From: Parasitella parasitica NRRL 2501
Taxonomy: Eukaryota; Fungi; Mucoromycota
Length of the DNA: 64,000 nucleotides
Reading direction: 5' to 3'
NCBI GenBank assembly: GCA_025201805.1
Contig: MU619281.1
Span: 118,596 to 182,595, forward strand
The position numbers were made by a program, and so were the translations under genes. Position 1 is the first letter of the stretch; every line of letters starts with the position of its first letter. Under the pieces are notes generated by a model. The model was not told the DNA's origin. It saw only the letters and a list, made by a program, of their open reading frames with translations, and searched no databases. Below are positions 35,872-48,631 of this stretch, piece by piece.

Positions 35872-38479
35872 TCAGCTTTGAATGTAATCAAGACAATAAC
35901 TTTGTACGTGTATCCCTAGCAGCATCAACTCACCAGAAATACTACTAATAATCCTCATTTATAAGCTCTACATAATAATATAATAATATACCTCTCTCTT
36001 TTAGTTACATTTACCTTTAATGCAATAAATATTCCATTTTTCTCGAAGTTCAAGAGAAAAGTTGAACAGTATTGTAATAGTTTATGTGCTTTGCTGCAAG
36101 TCGCGCAATCGCCACTATATTATATGAATCTATTTTCAAACAATACAGGTTACATTTAACGGTATCGGATTTGAGAAGATTAAAAACACATTCAACACAC
36201 AGCAATTTTGGATTGGCCCCTATTATATTATAATTAGGACAAAAAGCCAACCTAACAGTGCCTTTGACCCTACTCTGCACTACTTTAAATTAATGTTTTA
36301 ATATTTGATAGATACATCAAATTCTTCGTATGGCTCGGATTTATCAACTTGACGATTTAGTGAAGTTTATTGATTTCACAGCATATGGGCCTGATGCGAG
36401 TACCAAAGTTTGCAAGTAAACCATATTCAAAATTTTCAAGTACGCATAGAAAGCACGTTTGACGCGTCTACTGGTATATAACATATGCTCACCAAGGCCT
36501 GATTCTATGAAACCAGGGCCAATTTAATCTTTCTATATTAAAATTTATCGGCACCACCAAGGCAATTAGACTTAATTTATTATTGAAATACGTTTGTACT
36601 TTAATTTTCTACTAGAAGCCCAAGTTTTATATGGGTATAAACAAAACTATTTTTTCATATATTTTTGGCAGACTTGAATTATCTTATTCAATTTCAATGC
36701 AATAAATACTCAACATCCACTTTTTAGTAGCCAGTGCCACGCCCCTTTCATGCCATTGTCATCCTGATCACATTGACTTTTGAACGCACTATATTGGTCT
36801 TTTGATCGGTTCTGGCGTTTCTACTAACTTGTCGTGTCAAGAGCTGGCTTTTGCCATTCGGAAATGACTTCTGTCATAAACAGCCTCCCCCCCCCCCCAC
36901 CTTGATGATGCGAGAGTCGTTTTTCCTTCTTCTGGTCATCGAATATCGGAAAATGTAGTAAGCTACAATTACAATATGTGGAACCAGCCATATAGTACAC
37001 CTTCTTCTTTGCTTGTGAGCATGCTTCTGACAAACATTGGCTTACATCAGGAGGAAATTTGATGTTAACTTTAGCGTAAGGATATTTTTTCTATATTAGT
37101 CCCACACATGAAGGAGTTCACCAGTTATTTTTTCTTGGTTTGTTATTGTTGACTTTATTTTTTTACAACATCCATCCCATCATGTGGAGTAATCTTCACT
37201 TGAATTATGATATGGTCATATCACTCTATCAAAGCATACGATACAGCAGTGCAGATCTAATAGAACAGCAGTAAATGATTGTCTTGTGTACTTGAAAGCT
37301 TCAAATTGTATTGATTGTTTGATTGTTGTTTTAGCGTTACTAAATGATCTGTGATCCACAAACGCCAAAAAAAAAAAAAAAACTCGTTATGCTTAATAGA
37401 ATATCCTTGCTTGCTAGAAAACGAATCATTGACATGTCTCTACTTTCTAACGCCATTACCGCAAAGTCAAAAAGTTATCGGTGCCACCACCCCTGGTGAG
37501 ATGCCGAATTCATCAAAAGGAGCAACATGACGTTGTATGCGTCTTTTTTATCTCATGAGATGCCAAACATTTAAGCACATATTTGTTTGTATTTTTTCCT
37601 GAAACATTTATATACGGGTCCAAAAAGTTTGTTAAAATGACAAGTGCGTAGGACCAAGTGACAAAAGTTTCCCAAATAAAAAATAAGGATATCTTTTACG
37701 AGATCATGATTAGTCGTATGGTTATTCAATTTTGTGTGAGGCTTTATGTTTATATTTTCTGCGAAATCAGGATAATTGCGCCAATAGAAAAATTTTCCGC
37801 ATAGTTTTTCTTGAGAGTTATTGATGATCCTTTTTTTTTCATCCTGAAATGTCTATCTGAAACAGAAAACAAAGAACGGTATATGATATTAAAACAAGAT
37901 GGAAACATTACCAAAATAGCCCACAGATGCACTTCCTGAAGAAAAAGTAGTAAGATGGCGGTTTAGTATACATGGAATATTCGACAACCCAATTGAGGAT
38001 AAATCTACTTGTGATAATTATTAATACCATTATGCAACAATTTATATTTATCAAATCATTGAGTTCGCTGAACTGAAAATGATGTTTCCGGCTAATGCCA
38101 AGATATACCATGTTACATGGATTTGTTAGTAGCAATATGTAGCGAAAATATACCGAGAGTACGGTATAATGTTACACTTGGTATTTAATAATAAAAAAAA
38201 GTTGGTTTCTGTGATATGTTTATTTTCTTTTTATTGATTGTATAGAGGCATATATAACATAGTATATAGTAAGTTTTTTTTTTTTTTTCTTTTTTCTTTT
38301 TTACATTTTTTTTTCAAAAAAGAAAAAGGAAAAAAAAAAAGAGGCATAATTACACAAATATAATGAGTGAAAAAAGAATCAAAGAGAAAGAATGAGGGAG
38401 GGAGAAGAAGAGAATTACACAATTAAGAAGATATTAATATAGAAGGAAAGAAAGATTGGAAGTGAGAATATGTTTACAA

Positions 38480-40481
38480 TTAAGCACCTTCGCTTTTCAC
38501 AGTGCTGGGAGAAGAAGCTGCATTTTCATCGATTGATTCAAGCTGCTTGTCGTTGTTTGTAGCTGATCCCGTAGAGGAAGATGAGCTCAACCTTGTATTT
38601 GTTCGTCTGACTGATTTGCCCTTGTTATTGCTCATTGCTTCAAAGTTTTGCCAAATGTAATTCTTGCATTTATCGGCGTTGGGTAGATCTTGAATCATTT
38701 TGGCAATGGTGTTTTTACGAAGGCCAAAAAAATCAGGCCCAACAGGATTATGGCCATAATCCATGTTGCGGATAGCAAATGCTCTCCTCACGGCAATTGT
38801 CCAGACAGTAGTAGGAGTAGGCCCTCTCCAGCATTCGGAAGGATTATCATCAGCATTTAATTGAAACTATGCGTTTGTTAGGGCAGTTGTTTATCTAATC
38901 ATTGCCAGAACTTACAATAGGTTCGTCGCCACCATCCAGAATCTCACATGTATATTGGGTATCACTATGAGGATCAACCATGCTTCTGTACCATCTGTCA
39001 GAAAAAAAAATTTAAGGAAAGTTAGCTTGCATCAAACAATATGTGAATTCAATTACTTTTTGACCCTATATCCAACAGGATAGATGTATCTTTGATTATG
39101 AAAAGCTGCTTTATCCCAAACAACAGTTCCTAGGCTAAGAACTGTCCAGGAATCTACTTCAGCAGGCAAAATGTAACTGCCGTCTTTTGCTCTTTCAACT
39201 TCGACGAAAGGTCGAATGTCATTAGCATTTGGTGGTTTTGTGTCTCTTTTCTTTCTTCTTGATTGATGGTAATATGTATCTGTGGTAGGATTTATACGTG
39301 TAGTTGTTATTGCACTACTGCTACTGCTGCTACTGTTACTACCAGTTAGGATAGAAGAAGCCTTCACAGAAGAAGGTGTACGGCGATGCATATTATGATG
39401 GTTGTTCATTAATTTCGTATTACCATCATGATGACGATATTGCTGCTGAGAAGGCGAAGAAGAAGACGGAAGGGGCTGTTGTGGTGGCTGCGGATGATGA
39501 GGAGGAGGGGATAGTTTTCTTCGCTTAATTACTTCCTGATCAAAACTGCTTGAATCATATCGACAGCCAGGCCAATTTGGGTCTAAAGCAGGAGGATACA
39601 CTGGGTGATGAAGTTCTTCCTTTGAAATTTCTCGAGGCAAAGAAGAGGAAGTAATCGATGGCAAGCGTTGCGTATCGTCTCTTTGCAAAGGAAACTGTAA
39701 TCCGTTTAGTTGACGATGAGGGGGTGAAGAAGTCAACTGATGATGGTGTTGGCGATTCTGTTGTTGCATTGTAGGCGACATGTTGTTATTATTGTGAGGA
39801 GGAGAACTAGTAATAGAAGAAGACGAATAGTCATTGTTGTTCCAGATAGAGCGCATGGGAGGGAGATAATGCTGATTCTCGCTCTTGGTCTGTGCAGCAT
39901 GGTGTATAATAGGATGAAGTTGTATAAGCACTTCAATATAGCAATCATACTGACCACCTTGTTCAGATTGTGTTAGTTTGCCTGTCACTTGTGCATCGTT
40001 GCTATCATCGTTTAAGATAGTATTCAAAGTTCCATGGCCTTCCCAGATTATATTTGATCGAGAATCGTGAAGAGGAGACCAATTTTCAACGGTGATGCTT
40101 TCCTCAAAATTGGCGCTGTAGACAGCCGTGTTACTGCTCATCAACTGATCAGGGCTACCGATAAACATAAATAAATTAGATGCAGAATCGTATATGAATA
40201 GATGTAGCGAAATACCATGAAGAGCAGAGAGAAATTAGGCATTTTTTTAATGGAACGCTGATCCATTTTCTATCTTTGAAATCATCTAATTTGAAATCAA
40301 ATGTACATAAACAATGTGTGTCGGATCCTTTGAATGTATAAAATATTTTAACTTGAGAAGGGTTAAAATCAGAGTATTGAAACACGTAACAATTGCTCTT
40401 ACCTTTGCTTGTTAGCCTGCTCTCTATTGTGATTTCATTTGGTTGCAACATTTGATTGATTGACATTGATTGATGGCTCAT
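38480..40481 (-). CDS. FYRN/FYRC domain chromatin-associated protein (TBRG1-like C-terminus), multi-exon
   Basis: FYRN: WTVLSLGTVV..FHNQRYIYPVGY..|WYRSMVDP..YTCEILDGG. FYRC: WRGPTPTTVW..VGPDFFGL..IQDLPNADKCKNY. The start and 5' exon structure are less certain. Confidence 0.82.
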
Positions 40482-40727
40482 TTTGTATCTTATTTTGTAT
40501 TAATATTTGATATTGGCGTGAGAAATAACAATCTAGAAAATGAACAGCATTATCTAGCTACTAAATATATATATTGTGATTTTTTATATATACGATTGTA
40601 TATATATTATGTGCTTTAATTGCTGCTTTACTGTCGCGGTTCCTTGATTTTTTTTTCTTTTTGTGGAATGTTTATTCTTAGGAACGAACGATATATCAAG
40701 TAGATGGTAATAGGATGAAGATAAAAA

Positions 40728-40729
<2 letters not shown>

Positions 40730-40814
<85 letters not shown>
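40730..40814. repeat. Poly(A) tract, 85 nt (poly-T upstream of the FYR gene)
   Basis: Homopolymer. Confidence 0.9.
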
Positions 40815-40815
<1 letters not shown>

Positions 40816-42651
40816 GCAAATTAGGACCCAATTAATGTACCCGAAACAACAACAACGACCAGCGGGATAAATGTTTGAAATGTGGAAGGTACAATTGAGA
40901 TACATTGAGTAGGAATAAATGATACATGTGTCGATTTCTAGTTTTTCATTATACATTGCCCTTGAATTAGATCCAAAAGATAATGCTTTAGCAGGAGTAA
41001 ATGAACTAATCTTTTTTCCTTTCATCCTATCAGGTACATGATTGAAATTAAAATGTTTTCAACTATTCTAGAACAATAAGGCATTATATCTCATTAGGTC
41101 TAGTAAGTCATGACATCGTCGCCTTCTGAGGAATAAGAAGAAAAATGGAAAACTTGGCAACATCGGTATGTGTAAAACATGCTTGTTGTTAATATGCTAT
41201 TACCATGCTTACGAAAAACGATCGATATTCCAGCAATTTAGTACATGGTACATTAACATGATAGCATATTTGATTGGGTACAAATACATGTATGTCTTTT
41301 TTTCAACTCAAAATATTTTAATCTTTTTTTTTATATATTTATTTTGGGCAAACTAACAAAATCAATGTTTCCCTGAATACCATTACATTGTATTTGTTTA
41401 ATTGGGCAAAGATGTCCATAGAATAAGTTCCTATCACCACCTATTTATAAACTCCTACTGTACATGAATGTGTGTTTAATACCGCGGGGGAGTCAAGTTT
41501 TTCCGTTAGAACAAGTTAAATGAAAGGATGAGCACGTCATTTGAAATTCTTTCCATTTCTTAACTATATGTGTAACTCAATGTTTGACAGTGTATTGTAT
41601 TGTGAATTTAGTGTAACATTGAATTGTGTATTATGTTCCCATTCTACGGGCTAATTAAAGCTTAAAAACTTACCACGATCTAGGAATTGTACAAATCAAT
41701 TACACATATTGCTTTTAACTTGATTTATTGACATCAAAATTTACTGCTTCTGTTCCATTGACACTTTTTGTGATGGTCGTAATATGGACCTGACATGTCT
41801 CTTATATTATTGGCTTGATCATGGAACCATCTGTTTCTTTTTAACCCTATGCTATCATTGCGCATTCACATTTCACCTTGAAAGACCGACAAAAATTGGC
41901 CGTGCTGTCCTAATGATGTGTCCATTGCAATATTGTAAGGACACATCAAGCAGAAAACACTTTTAATTTTTTGAAATTCGCATATGTTATCATTAACACT
42001 TGGCTACTATTCGTTTAATAAATGCAATACGCGATCAATAAATGAAGTGCGCCATTTCGACAATATAGGAAAACATCTAAAAATCATGATGTGCCGGGCT
42101 TGACCGAATATAAGATGAAAAGAAAGAAAGAAAGAAATCAATCACTTATTTGTAAAGGTGTTAGGATACATGAAAGACTTTATGAGCTTGATAGAACAAG
42201 TATAGACTTGTTATTGTCATACGCAAATAATTTAAAAAAAAAAGTCGTATCAAATCGTTTCGTACACTGTTATCACATTTGCCTTTTACAAATTATATGT
42301 CAAATATGTATGCAATTCTTTTTTGGAAACAAATGTTAGTTATCATCGTACCATCATCAATGGAAAGAAGAAACAGAGAAAGAAGTTTATTTTGAAACTG
42401 AAACTCCGTGCTTTGTTGATCTAATGTCTAAAAAAGGATATTTCGTACATGGCTCAGCTTATCTCCGATTCATCTCCGATTCCTAATTTGTGCTTTTCAG
42501 GAACGAACAAAAATGCTTCGATTTAGCAATAAAATTTCCTTCAATAAGAAAAAAGCCCGAGATTGCTGAGCAACGAAATTAGTTTTTATTCTTTTTTCGA
42601 AATGGCATGCCATTCCAAAAACAAACATACTAATAAAAAAAAAAAAAAAAG

Positions 42652-43692
42652 TTATTCTAATATCTGCTGCTGCTGATGTTGGTTCCAGCAATGTTCCTTG
42701 GCTTCAAAGCAAGCATTCTCCCATCTCACCTTCTCTTCCCATACTTGTCTCAATTTGCTATAGGCTAATCCGCACAAAGTTTCATAGTGATCAGTTATTT
42801 CTTCCAAAGTAGCTTCTAATTTCGAATTCAAAAGCTTCTCTTGTTCCAATTCTTGCTGCACCAACATTAACGTTCCTTCTCCTCCTTGATCAAGATGATT
42901 GTAAGGCATAGTTTGAACTTGAACATGTCTTGTATTTGCCTTCCGCTTCGTGTTTTCTTCTTTTTCTTGGTGGTTATTGACCATTGAAAATACAACTTCC
43001 AATGCCATAGCGTGCTCCTGAGCCACACTTTTTGATATCAAATCACTGGGCTTTTGTAGTTGTAATTCCTTGTACTGGTTGAGCCGTTGCTTCAACCCTT
43101 TTTCAATGACATCGTCTTGCTCTTTTGTCGATGCTGGTTGAGAGGTTGGTGAAACATTCAATGCTTCTTCCTCATCTACGTCTTCTTTTTCTTGTCCTTC
43201 TCCACACCGCTGAGGCGGTTGCAAAGAGGGGCGCCCAATGCCACCTCCTTTTGCTAATAACAAAGGTGCGGGTACTAGCATGTTTGGGGTACTATTTACA
43301 CCACCGACATTGCTTTTAAGGAGAATAGTACCTTGCCTCATAGGTATCATAGGATGGGACGATGGTGGAGATGATTTACTGCTCTTGGGCTTGAAATTGA
43401 ACGGATTTGCAATGATTTCAATGTAGTTTTTGCGCTGCTTTTCACTAGTGGCCGCAACTGCTGGTTTTCTTTTTCTGAAAAACAATGCAGATGGCCTCTT
43501 TGGCGCATCCTTGTAGAATTCCTCGGGACATGTTGTATTCAAAAATTCAACCAGTGCTTGAGTACCTGTCTTTCGCTTACGTGGGTGCTGTTGATTCCAA
43601 TCAATTGACACGTCTTTTTCCTCGTCTGATTGATAATACTCTTCAAATGTAATTCTAGCATCTTTTGGCTCAAATGAAGATTTGATGGCCAT
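42652..43692 (-). CDS. Hypothetical protein with C-terminal coiled coil (346 aa, single exon)
   Basis: Long ORF with protein-like composition. Contains RKRKTGTQALVEFLNTT.PEEF, RHVQVQT and heptad-like LEQEKLLNSKLEATLEE. No family recognised. Confidence 0.7.
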   Translation of the reverse strand: MAIKSSFEPKDARITFEEYYQSDEEKDVSIDWNQQHPRKRKTGTQALVEFLNTTCPEEFYKDAPKRPSALFFRKRKPAVAATSEKQRKNYIEIIANPFNFKPKSSKSSPPSSHPMIPMRQGTILLKSNVGGVNSTPNMLVPAPLLLAKGGGIGRPSLQPPQRCGEGQEKEDVDEEEALNVSPTSQPASTKEQDDVIEKGLKQRLNQYKELQLQKPSDLISKSVAQEHAMALEVVFSMVNNHQEKEENTKRKANTRHVQVQTMPYNHLDQGGEGTLMLVQQELEQEKLLNSKLEATLEEITDHYETLCGLAYSKLRQVWEEKVRWENACFEAKEHCWNQHQQQQILE

Positions 43693-44862
43693 TTTATATT
43701 TTCATGAAGAGAAAAAATGAGAGAAAGGAGGGAGTTAATGTGATTTCTTTTAAAACATTATGACAACAACTAAAACAATAATAGACTTAATTGTGTAAAC
43801 AGCTTGAAAATGAGTTATAAGGAGGACTTCAATTTGATTTTATTGTAATGTTAGGAGACGTTCAATCAGCTTATATGCAAAATTGCAGGGTCATTTAATA
43901 AAGGTAATCCCGGCTTTTTTTTTTTGGCAAAAACACATACAAATTTTCTGTAAAATCGTTTGATAAGAGATACGATCGAAGAGAAAAACACCAGGTGAAA
44001 TCATATTTTACAATAACACTCAAGTTGAGCTTGTACCATAAAAGCTTCGCCAAAAGGAGGAGAACCCTGCAGAATATTTGTACTCCCATATTTGAAACAA
44101 AGAGGTACGCGGTTACTCAAAGAACTGCAATTTGCAAAAAGTAACAAGGCACTAGAGACATTTTTTTTACTGTTTGATCAGTGAGTAGTATGCTAAATGA
44201 TAGATGAAAACTATCGTTATCAAAGCATAATTAAAAATACAAAATTTCTCCAGAAACTATTTATAATGATGTTATATAGACATTTGACATGTAATCAGTA
44301 TTATATTCTAGACTTGAGTCAATTTAAATACATACGTTATTGTCCGTGCAAAACGCTTTTATACACGAGAGGCCCAATTATTTCCATCTTTTTGAAACAA
44401 CCATGAAAAAGACTTGAAAACCAAACTAGAAACTTATACTAATTGGGGCCTTGGTGGGGATATTGGCGTCGTTTCTAGGTACTTTGGAGCCCTACCCACC
44501 ACACAATAATGAGCATAAGCGTTAATTCAAATATGAAAGAAAGGGTTCTTCTCGCCGTAAGATCATCAGCAACAGTTACAACAGATAAAAATAGATATCT
44601 CACGCAATTGCTTCATTTTGCCTTAGTTGTGAGACATTTGCTCTCCTCCAAAACAGCTTAAACAAGAAGATAATAGGGCCTCTTTAGGATAAATGTTAAT
44701 GAAGAGTTAGCACATATAAAATTGTCTTAGAACATGGCGGGAAATTATGCCCGTCTGCACTCGGGTTTATTTGAAGACATTTGAAAGAAATTGTCGCATG
44801 TTTGGACGCATTAATAAATTAAAGCATGGCGTATGAGTTGGGTAAGACCAAAGGCGACTTTG

Positions 44863-45541
44863 TTAAATAGGCTTTTCTTTGAAGCAATCGTCAAATCTAT
44901 CGATTAAAAGCCTTTGAGATTACCGAGAAGAGCTTGATTGCAAGCCTGTGCGATTCTCACTGAAAGTATTTTTTCTTCCAAGAACCTTTTTCTTTTGCAA
45001 ACGGACCAGAATTGTTCGGTGGGATTCAGCTCTGGTGAGGAGAGAGGAAGATATCCACGGCTTTCAATGAAGCGTCTAATAGCTTTATTTGTATGAGTAG
45101 ATGAGTAGGAGCGTTATCCATGATCAAATAATGCTGGTCTACCCACTGGCTTTCCACTACTTTCTTTCCTGGCAATATATATCTGAGGATTTGCCTGATT
45201 ATCTGCATATTATCGCTGAGCAAGTGCGTGGGTTGTTTTGGAGTTTCAATGCCGCAGCTCTGGCGTTCATGCCCCTTTTGTAAATCAAGGCAAACAACTC
45301 TCTATTCCGAATCGTCATAGTGTTTGCAGATGTCAGGAGCTTTCCATTTTGATATCTCTATCTGCAGATTGCCGCGCAATTTTTTTGTTAGCTTCTCAGG
45401 CGGATTAGTGTCAATGTACAAGCCGAAAAAATTAAAATTTTCGGATGCAATCAAATCATCCAGTGATGTATTAGAAAACTTCAATTCAAAAGGTAGCCTA
45501 AACTGTACAGCGGCTTGATTGTGATACTGAAAAAGCTTCAC
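44863..45541 (-). mobile_element. Degenerate Tc1/mariner-IS630 (DDE_3) transposase relic
   Basis: HTH-like ELFALIYKRGMNARAAALKLQ, DDE core YLIMDNAPTH and ELNPTEQFWSVCK..RFLEE..LSVRIAQAC. Internal deletions and frameshifts. No TIRs found. Confidence 0.8.
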
Positions 45542-45702
45542 ATTATAAAAACATCATAGGTATAGAAGCAAGTATAAATATATGCGATTTTTATTTTTAC
45601 ATGTTAAATGCTATAAAGGGTATTGTTGTTAAGGAGGGGGGGGGGGGTTCCAAGGAAATGTGCATGTATGTTAAGAGGTGAGAGGGAAATATAAACAAAG
45701 AT

Positions 45703-48090
45703 TTAATCAACTACCGCAATACCGCTGAAGCTCTCATGGAATACAGATTTCTTGATTAAATCAAGCGCTGTGCCACTCTGGTCTTGATTGTCTTCTTGTT
45801 GGTCAGATTGACTAGAGCTTTTAGCTTTGCCATCCAAATCCTCATCAACATCACCGTCAAGGAAAGTTTTAATCATAGCAGCCGAGAAACCAGAAAGCAA
45901 AGAGACGCCAGTATCAGACTTGGTTATGGGTACAGTCATATCCTTGGAAGACGTGTAAACATTGCTATTACACAAATTCCACCAAACAAGTTCGGGGACT
46001 TTGTAGCCAGCATCCTGATACTGCTTCTTGATAAACTCATGAGTTGTGAGAAAGTTGTCCATACCGTTGTCCGCACCATCAAACTCCATATCAGTGAATA
46101 TAAACAACCGCTTGACCATATCCTCAGGTGCCAAGTTATGCTTCTTGGCCATAGGCAAAAGAACATCGGTAAATACCTTGCAGATATCTGTGTTATAGCC
46201 CACAGGCCCACTCAATAAAGTCTTGACCTGATCAGAGAATGGCTTTTCGGTATCCACTTTGAAGGCTTTAGGATCTGCTGTGAATGTAACAACAGCACCT
46301 TTGTACGGATGCTTGGCAAGATTTGTAACCACAAGAGAAAGGCCAATGGCTGCATACAAAGGCTGATTTTCAGGCTTGTCACCACCAGACATCATACTGC
46401 CAGAGACATCACAAATAGCAAGGCACTCTCCAAGATCAACCTTCTTTTTTTTGCCATTGCTTTTATCATCTTCTTCTTTAGTTTTAACCAACAGAGATGT
46501 ATCACGGATAGATTTAATCAGAGTATTCCATTGACCATTAACAAGGGTTTCTTGAGACGATATGAATTTCTGCAAAAGCTCTGGATCACTGCTGACGACC
46601 TTGGCGAGATGCTGAGGCAGATCACCACCTCTGCAAGCACTAAATGCCAGCTCATTAGGACCGAGAGTAGCACCGCTTACTTTCTTATTTCCTTTCGCGA
46701 CGTCCTTCATGTAGTCAACAACCGTATCAGGTGCATGCTTGAAGAAATGAGCAAAGTTTCGCTTGAGACAGACAGATGGAATGTGGCGAAAATCAACCTT
46801 ATCCCATTTGCCAGGGCACATGTAGTGCTCAGTAATATCCATAGCAGATCGTAGAGGAACCAAGTACTTTTTGCGATACAATTCTCTCGCCTTGTTTAAA
46901 TAATGTACACGAGTCTCATCCTTTTCTTGGTATTCAACAGGGGAAAAGAGCAATTCAGCAATAGTGGTGGCCAGCAAGGTGTTCTTATCGTAGGACATGC
47001 ACAAGGAAGGAGCCCATTTAGCAGCCATACTCAAATTGAAGCCTAAACCATGACGACCTTGCAGCTTGTCTTGCTTGTTCTTGTTTAGTTGCTTCATATC
47101 CACCTCCAGCTGATCCGCAAACAACCGAGCCACGGTAAAATGCAACGCTCTGTAGGTCTTGTCATTCTCCAAAAGGTCAGATACAACCTGATTTCGTCTC
47201 TTACGTTCTTCGAATCGCTTTTCTTTTGCATCAGCCTCTTGCTTCTTGTTGTGCTCCAAGTTCATCGTTTTGGAATTTTCCATATCCTTGGCAATATCTT
47301 CAGGTGTCATGGTTTTTCTAAGCTTGTAGCGCTCTCTACGCTGCTTGTTAGCCTTGGAGCGTAAAGAGGCATTACGAGGCGTAAGAGGCGAAACAAGAGC
47401 ATGGTATTCCTCCCCACGCGCAAGACCTCCCACCTGACCTTGACAGTAAATTGTAGGCAAAACCAAGAGATCCTTCCAGCAACCATGAGTCTTGTAATCA
47501 CGACGAACGAGCAGTTCGTGTTCCTGTTCAAGAGCTTCCCAACCATCATCCTGTGCTTTAGCCTTTTGCTCTTCTTGTTTTCGTGTATGTTCAAGTTCGG
47601 CATCAGTACGAACAGTTCCGTCAATCAAAACATGCAGATTAGCCAAAGCAGTACGAGGATGATCAAGCAGCAGCCAAGAATAAGCATTGAAGAAAGCCTT
47701 ACCCAAAGACTTACCACGATGAATAGATCGAGTGTAAAAGATGATGTGGAGGGTCATTACTGGATCTTGATCCCAAGCGGCCTTGAGCATTTCGTGTCGA
47801 GATTCAGGCGTAACCGAGTCCAATCCATAGCAAAGATCAAGCAGGTCATCGCGTGAAGAAGCATTGGTCAAAGCCCCGTTAGTGGTTCGCTTCTGATTAG
47901 CTACTTCGTCAAAAGCCTCCATAAACTTGCTGCCATTGTTCACGTCAAGACCATCTATTACAACTTCCTTCCTTGCATTATCGCCGGATCCCTCGATAGG
48001 ACGAAGCTCAGCGATCAAGTCACTCAACAAAGCTTCCTTGTGTAGCTCCTCAAAGTAAGGGAGAGCAGCGGGATAGGTGGCGAAGGACAT
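45703..48090 (-). CDS. DUF2828-family (Mimivirus L728-like) protein with C-terminal vWA domain, single exon
   Basis: TTNGALTNASS..LLDL, RSIHRGK, HGCWKDLL, SMAAKWAPS, MIDAS-type CDVSGSM, NTDICKVF..LL, RLFIFTDMEFD and PELVWWNL. The likely start is MSFATY at 48090. Confidence 0.85.
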   Translation of the reverse strand: MSFATYPAALPYFEELHKEALLSDLIAELRPIEGSGDNARKEVVIDGLDVNNGSKFMEAFDEVANQKRTTNGALTNASSRDDLLDLCYGLDSVTPESRHEMLKAAWDQDPVMTLHIIFYTRSIHRGKSLGKAFFNAYSWLLLDHPRTALANLHVLIDGTVRTDAELEHTRKQEEQKAKAQDDGWEALEQEHELLVRRDYKTHGCWKDLLVLPTIYCQGQVGGLARGEEYHALVSPLTPRNASLRSKANKQRRERYKLRKTMTPEDIAKDMENSKTMNLEHNKKQEADAKEKRFEERKRRNQVVSDLLENDKTYRALHFTVARLFADQLEVDMKQLNKNKQDKLQGRHGLGFNLSMAAKWAPSLCMSYDKNTLLATTIAELLFSPVEYQEKDETRVHYLNKARELYRKKYLVPLRSAMDITEHYMCPGKWDKVDFRHIPSVCLKRNFAHFFKHAPDTVVDYMKDVAKGNKKVSGATLGPNELAFSACRGGDLPQHLAKVVSSDPELLQKFISSQETLVNGQWNTLIKSIRDTSLLVKTKEEDDKSNGKKKKVDLGECLAICDVSGSMMSGGDKPENQPLYAAIGLSLVVTNLAKHPYKGAVVTFTADPKAFKVDTEKPFSDQVKTLLSGPVGYNTDICKVFTDVLLPMAKKHNLAPEDMVKRLFIFTDMEFDGADNGMDNFLTTHEFIKKQYQDAGYKVPELVWWNLCNSNVYTSSKDMTVPITKSDTGVSLLSGFSAAMIKTFLDGDVDEDLDGKAKSSSQSDQQEDNQDQSGTALDLIKKSVFHESFSGIAVVD

Positions 48091-48631
48091 TTTTAAGAGA
48101 TAGATAATCAAGAAAGATGAGAAACTTAGGGGGGAAAAGTAGAAAGCCTGTTTATTTGCCAACAAAATATAGGCTAAACGTCAACTTTATATATACACTA
48201 AAGTTGTAACACGCTGCGGCGACTTGAAGTAAACTGCGGTGAGGCCGTGTACTACCGCAGCTATAAAGTCAACATGCATGCACCAACATGGGAACAGTTG
48301 CGAGCGTTTCCTTATTGATAGCTTGACCGTAGATTGAATGAATGATTTGCAATGCGCGGTAAAATATTCTACGCACGATTTGCCTTGAGAGGTTACTCGG
48401 AAAGATTTGCTCTGTCAATTTGCAATTATCTGCATAATACAGTGATACAGTGATACAACGATATTCCTTTCGTAACAACAACAAACATACACTGTATACC
48501 TGTATACGGTACCATTGATCGATTATATTGAAAATAACGTCTGAAGTTGAATAAAAGCGGCTCTCAACCAGTTTGGTTGCTATTTACTCCTTTTTCTTTC
48601 CTTTTTCTGTACAACTTTTTTCATCTCTAAA

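Noticed and set aside
36824-37260. Possible small minus-strand gene (Cys-containing ORF pieces)
   Set aside because: No consistent start or splice model and no recognisable family.
45784-47856. Several plus-strand ORFs of 90-180 aa
   Set aside because: Antisense shadows of the long DUF2828 CDS.
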